Source: a virus
Taxonomy: Duplodnaviria > Heunggongvirae > Uroviricota > Caudoviricetes
Length of the DNA stretch: 7,370 nt
Virus record (IMG/VR): IMGVR_UViG_2681813313_000015
Location: 1 to 7,370 of that record
Direction: 5' to 3' (one strand)
The number at the start of each line of letters is the position of its first letter. The first letter of the stretch is position 1. The position numbers were made by a program, and so were the translations under genes. The notes under the pieces are model-generated. The model was not told the DNA's origin, did not search any database, and worked only from the letters and a program-made list of their open reading frames with translations. This document shows, piece after piece, positions 6,358-7,370 of this stretch.

Positions 6358-6892
6358 ACAGGTTTGTGAGGCTCTGGATGCCTGGGTATGCCGACCAGGA
6401 ATGACACAGGAGCAGGCGACGATATTAATCACGGAAGCATTCTGGGCTCTGAAAGAACGCCCGAACATCGATGTTCAACGCGTCACGTTTAATGATGGCG
6501 AGGTTGATCAACGGGCGCTGGGCGTTAACCGGGTGAAGATATTCGAACGCTGGAAAGCTATCGACACCAGGGATAAGCGGAAAAAATTCACGGCGCTGAT
6601 TCCGGCAATTATGGAGGCTATCCGAATTAGTGATTTCAGGCTGTATCGTGAGATCAGTGATGGAAAAAGCATTACGTACATGATCGCCGGATTAAACAAA
6701 GAATATGGCGATGTGGTGGAGTCCGGGCTGCTTTTTGCGGATCCAGCTGTTGTGGAACGTGAGACTGACGAGCTTATAGAAAAAGCTATTGCTTTCAAGC
6801 ATGCGTATCGTCAGCAATATCAATATTACTTTGCAGATAAACAAATGTCTGCCAGGGGTTCGTATGAGTATCGATGCACTACGATGGGCTAA
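6341..6892 (+). CDS. cII-like/YdaT-family protein
   Basis: 183-aa ORF overlapping the cro-like stop by 17 nt. The position (third gene of a repressor-Cro-cII-like trio) and the segment IFERWKAIDTRDKRKKFTALIPAIMEAI resemble Rac YdaT as recalled; the family assignment is unverified. Confidence 0.65.
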   Translation: MKITPEQVCEALDAWVCRPGMTQEQATILITEAFWALKERPNIDVQRVTFNDGEVDQRALGVNRVKIFERWKAIDTRDKRKKFTALIPAIMEAIRISDFRLYREISDGKSITYMIAGLNKEYGDVVESGLLFADPAVVERETDELIEKAIAFKHAYRQQYQYYFADKQMSARGSYEYRCTTMG

Positions 6893-7370
6893 AAAGGTGA
6901 AAACCGGCAGTTCATCCAGTAAGTCAGTATTGACCTGGCTTGCTGATATGTGCGGTGCCGATTTGTGTGCATACCCGTCTGTATCTGCCCTGGCAGAAGT
7001 AACGGAACTGAACAAAAAGACAGTGCAGGACAGCTTACGACACCTGATGGAGATTGGGTTAATTGTTGATACCGGTGAGAGAAAAGGCAGAACAAAGCAA
7101 ATTGTGGTGTACCGACTTATCGGTGTAGAAGAAAGTGTTGCCGAACCTGAATACACCCAAAAACGGGAGTCTTTAAAGGTGGGTAAAATTGGTGCTGTTA
7201 ATAAAAACAGTACCGAAAATGGTTATGTTTCAGCACAAAACAGACCCAAAAACGGAACTCTTAGCTGCATGAACCGCCCCGGGTTTCCTGGAGAGTGTTT
7301 TATCTGTGAACTCAGGCTGCCAGATCATCGTTTCCGATGGAAGCATAATAAGCTTTTTCTGCTTCTGCCG
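6864..7370 (+). CDS. Phage replication initiation protein, N-terminal HTH domain (lambda O-like role); 3'-truncated by the window end
   Basis: Read by hand: ATG at 6864 preceded by AGGGG (5-nt spacing), 169 codons with no stop to position 7370. N-terminus MSIDALRWAKKVK...LADMCGADLCAYPSVSALAEVTELNKKTVQDSLRHLMEIGLIV is typical of HTH replication initiators. Absent from the ORF track, presumably because it has no stop in the window. Confidence 0.75.
   Translation, partial: MSIDALRWAKKVKTGSSSSKSVLTWLADMCGADLCAYPSVSALAEVTELNKKTVQDSLRHLMEIGLIVDTGERKGRTKQIVVYRLIGVEESVAEPEYTQKRESLKVGKIGAVNKNSTENGYVSAQNRPKNGTLSCMNRPGFPGECFICELRLPDHRFRWKHNKLFLLLP
7155..7258. repeat. Iteron-like direct repeats CCCAAAAACGG inside the replication gene
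   Basis: Exact 11-mer at 7156-7166 and 7245-7255, with a degenerate copy CCGAAAATGG at 7213-7222. The copies fall in different codon phases of the ORF. Confidence 0.35.

Larger units (their letters stand above)
1..7370. mobile_element. Lambdoid (Rac-like) prophage segment: int-xis-exonuclease, early-left accessory genes, immunity region, start of replication module
   Basis: Gene order and orientation typical of a lambdoid prophage left arm. The integrase stop codon is at 1-3, so the attachment site is expected just outside the window. The whole element is not contained in the window. Confidence 0.8.

Noticed and set aside
6139-7156. Minus-strand ORFs 6139..6468, 6508..6798, 6692..7156 and 6889..7095
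   Set aside because: They are antisense to the cro-like, cII/YdaT-like and replication genes, which have start signals and family-like motifs.
1-7370. CRISPR arrays, tRNA or rRNA genes, IS elements and terminal inverted repeats
   Set aside because: No spacer-repeat periodicity, tRNA-like cloverleaf or transposase ORF was found. The att site is expected outside the window, beyond the integrase.

Overview
This window reads as the left arm and immunity region of a lambdoid, Rac-like prophage from an enterobacterial host, judged from gene order and motifs only (no database search was possible). On the minus strand, running toward the left edge: a lambda-family tyrosine integrase (1..1020), an overlapping Xis-like gene (998..1240), an 824-aa multidomain exonuclease with a C-terminal DnaQ-like 3'-5' exonuclease domain (1308..3782), and two translationally coupled small genes (3878..4251). 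Next comes a ~400-bp repeat-rich noncoding stretch, a plus-strand 66-aa gene (4755..4955) whose 3' end overlaps a convergent minus-strand two-gene operon (4924..5453), then the immunity region: an HTH repressor (5645..6052, minus), a Cro/YdaS-like gene (6130..6357, plus), a cII/YdaT-like gene (6341..6892) and the 5' part of a replication initiator (6864..7370, open to the window end and absent from the ORF track). The clearest sequence-level signal is a 14-bp palindrome, TTGAG-AAAA-CTCAA, present once between repressor and cro and as an inverted pair just downstream of the repressor, consistent with OR and OL operators. The best candidates for an undescribed system are the unannotatable small genes in the accessory slot between OL and the exonuclease (the coupled pair behind the putative PL, the convergent 66-aa gene, and the coupled pair ending in a hydrophobic small protein), but their functions cannot be assigned from sequence alone. 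No tRNA, rRNA, CRISPR array or IS element was seen.
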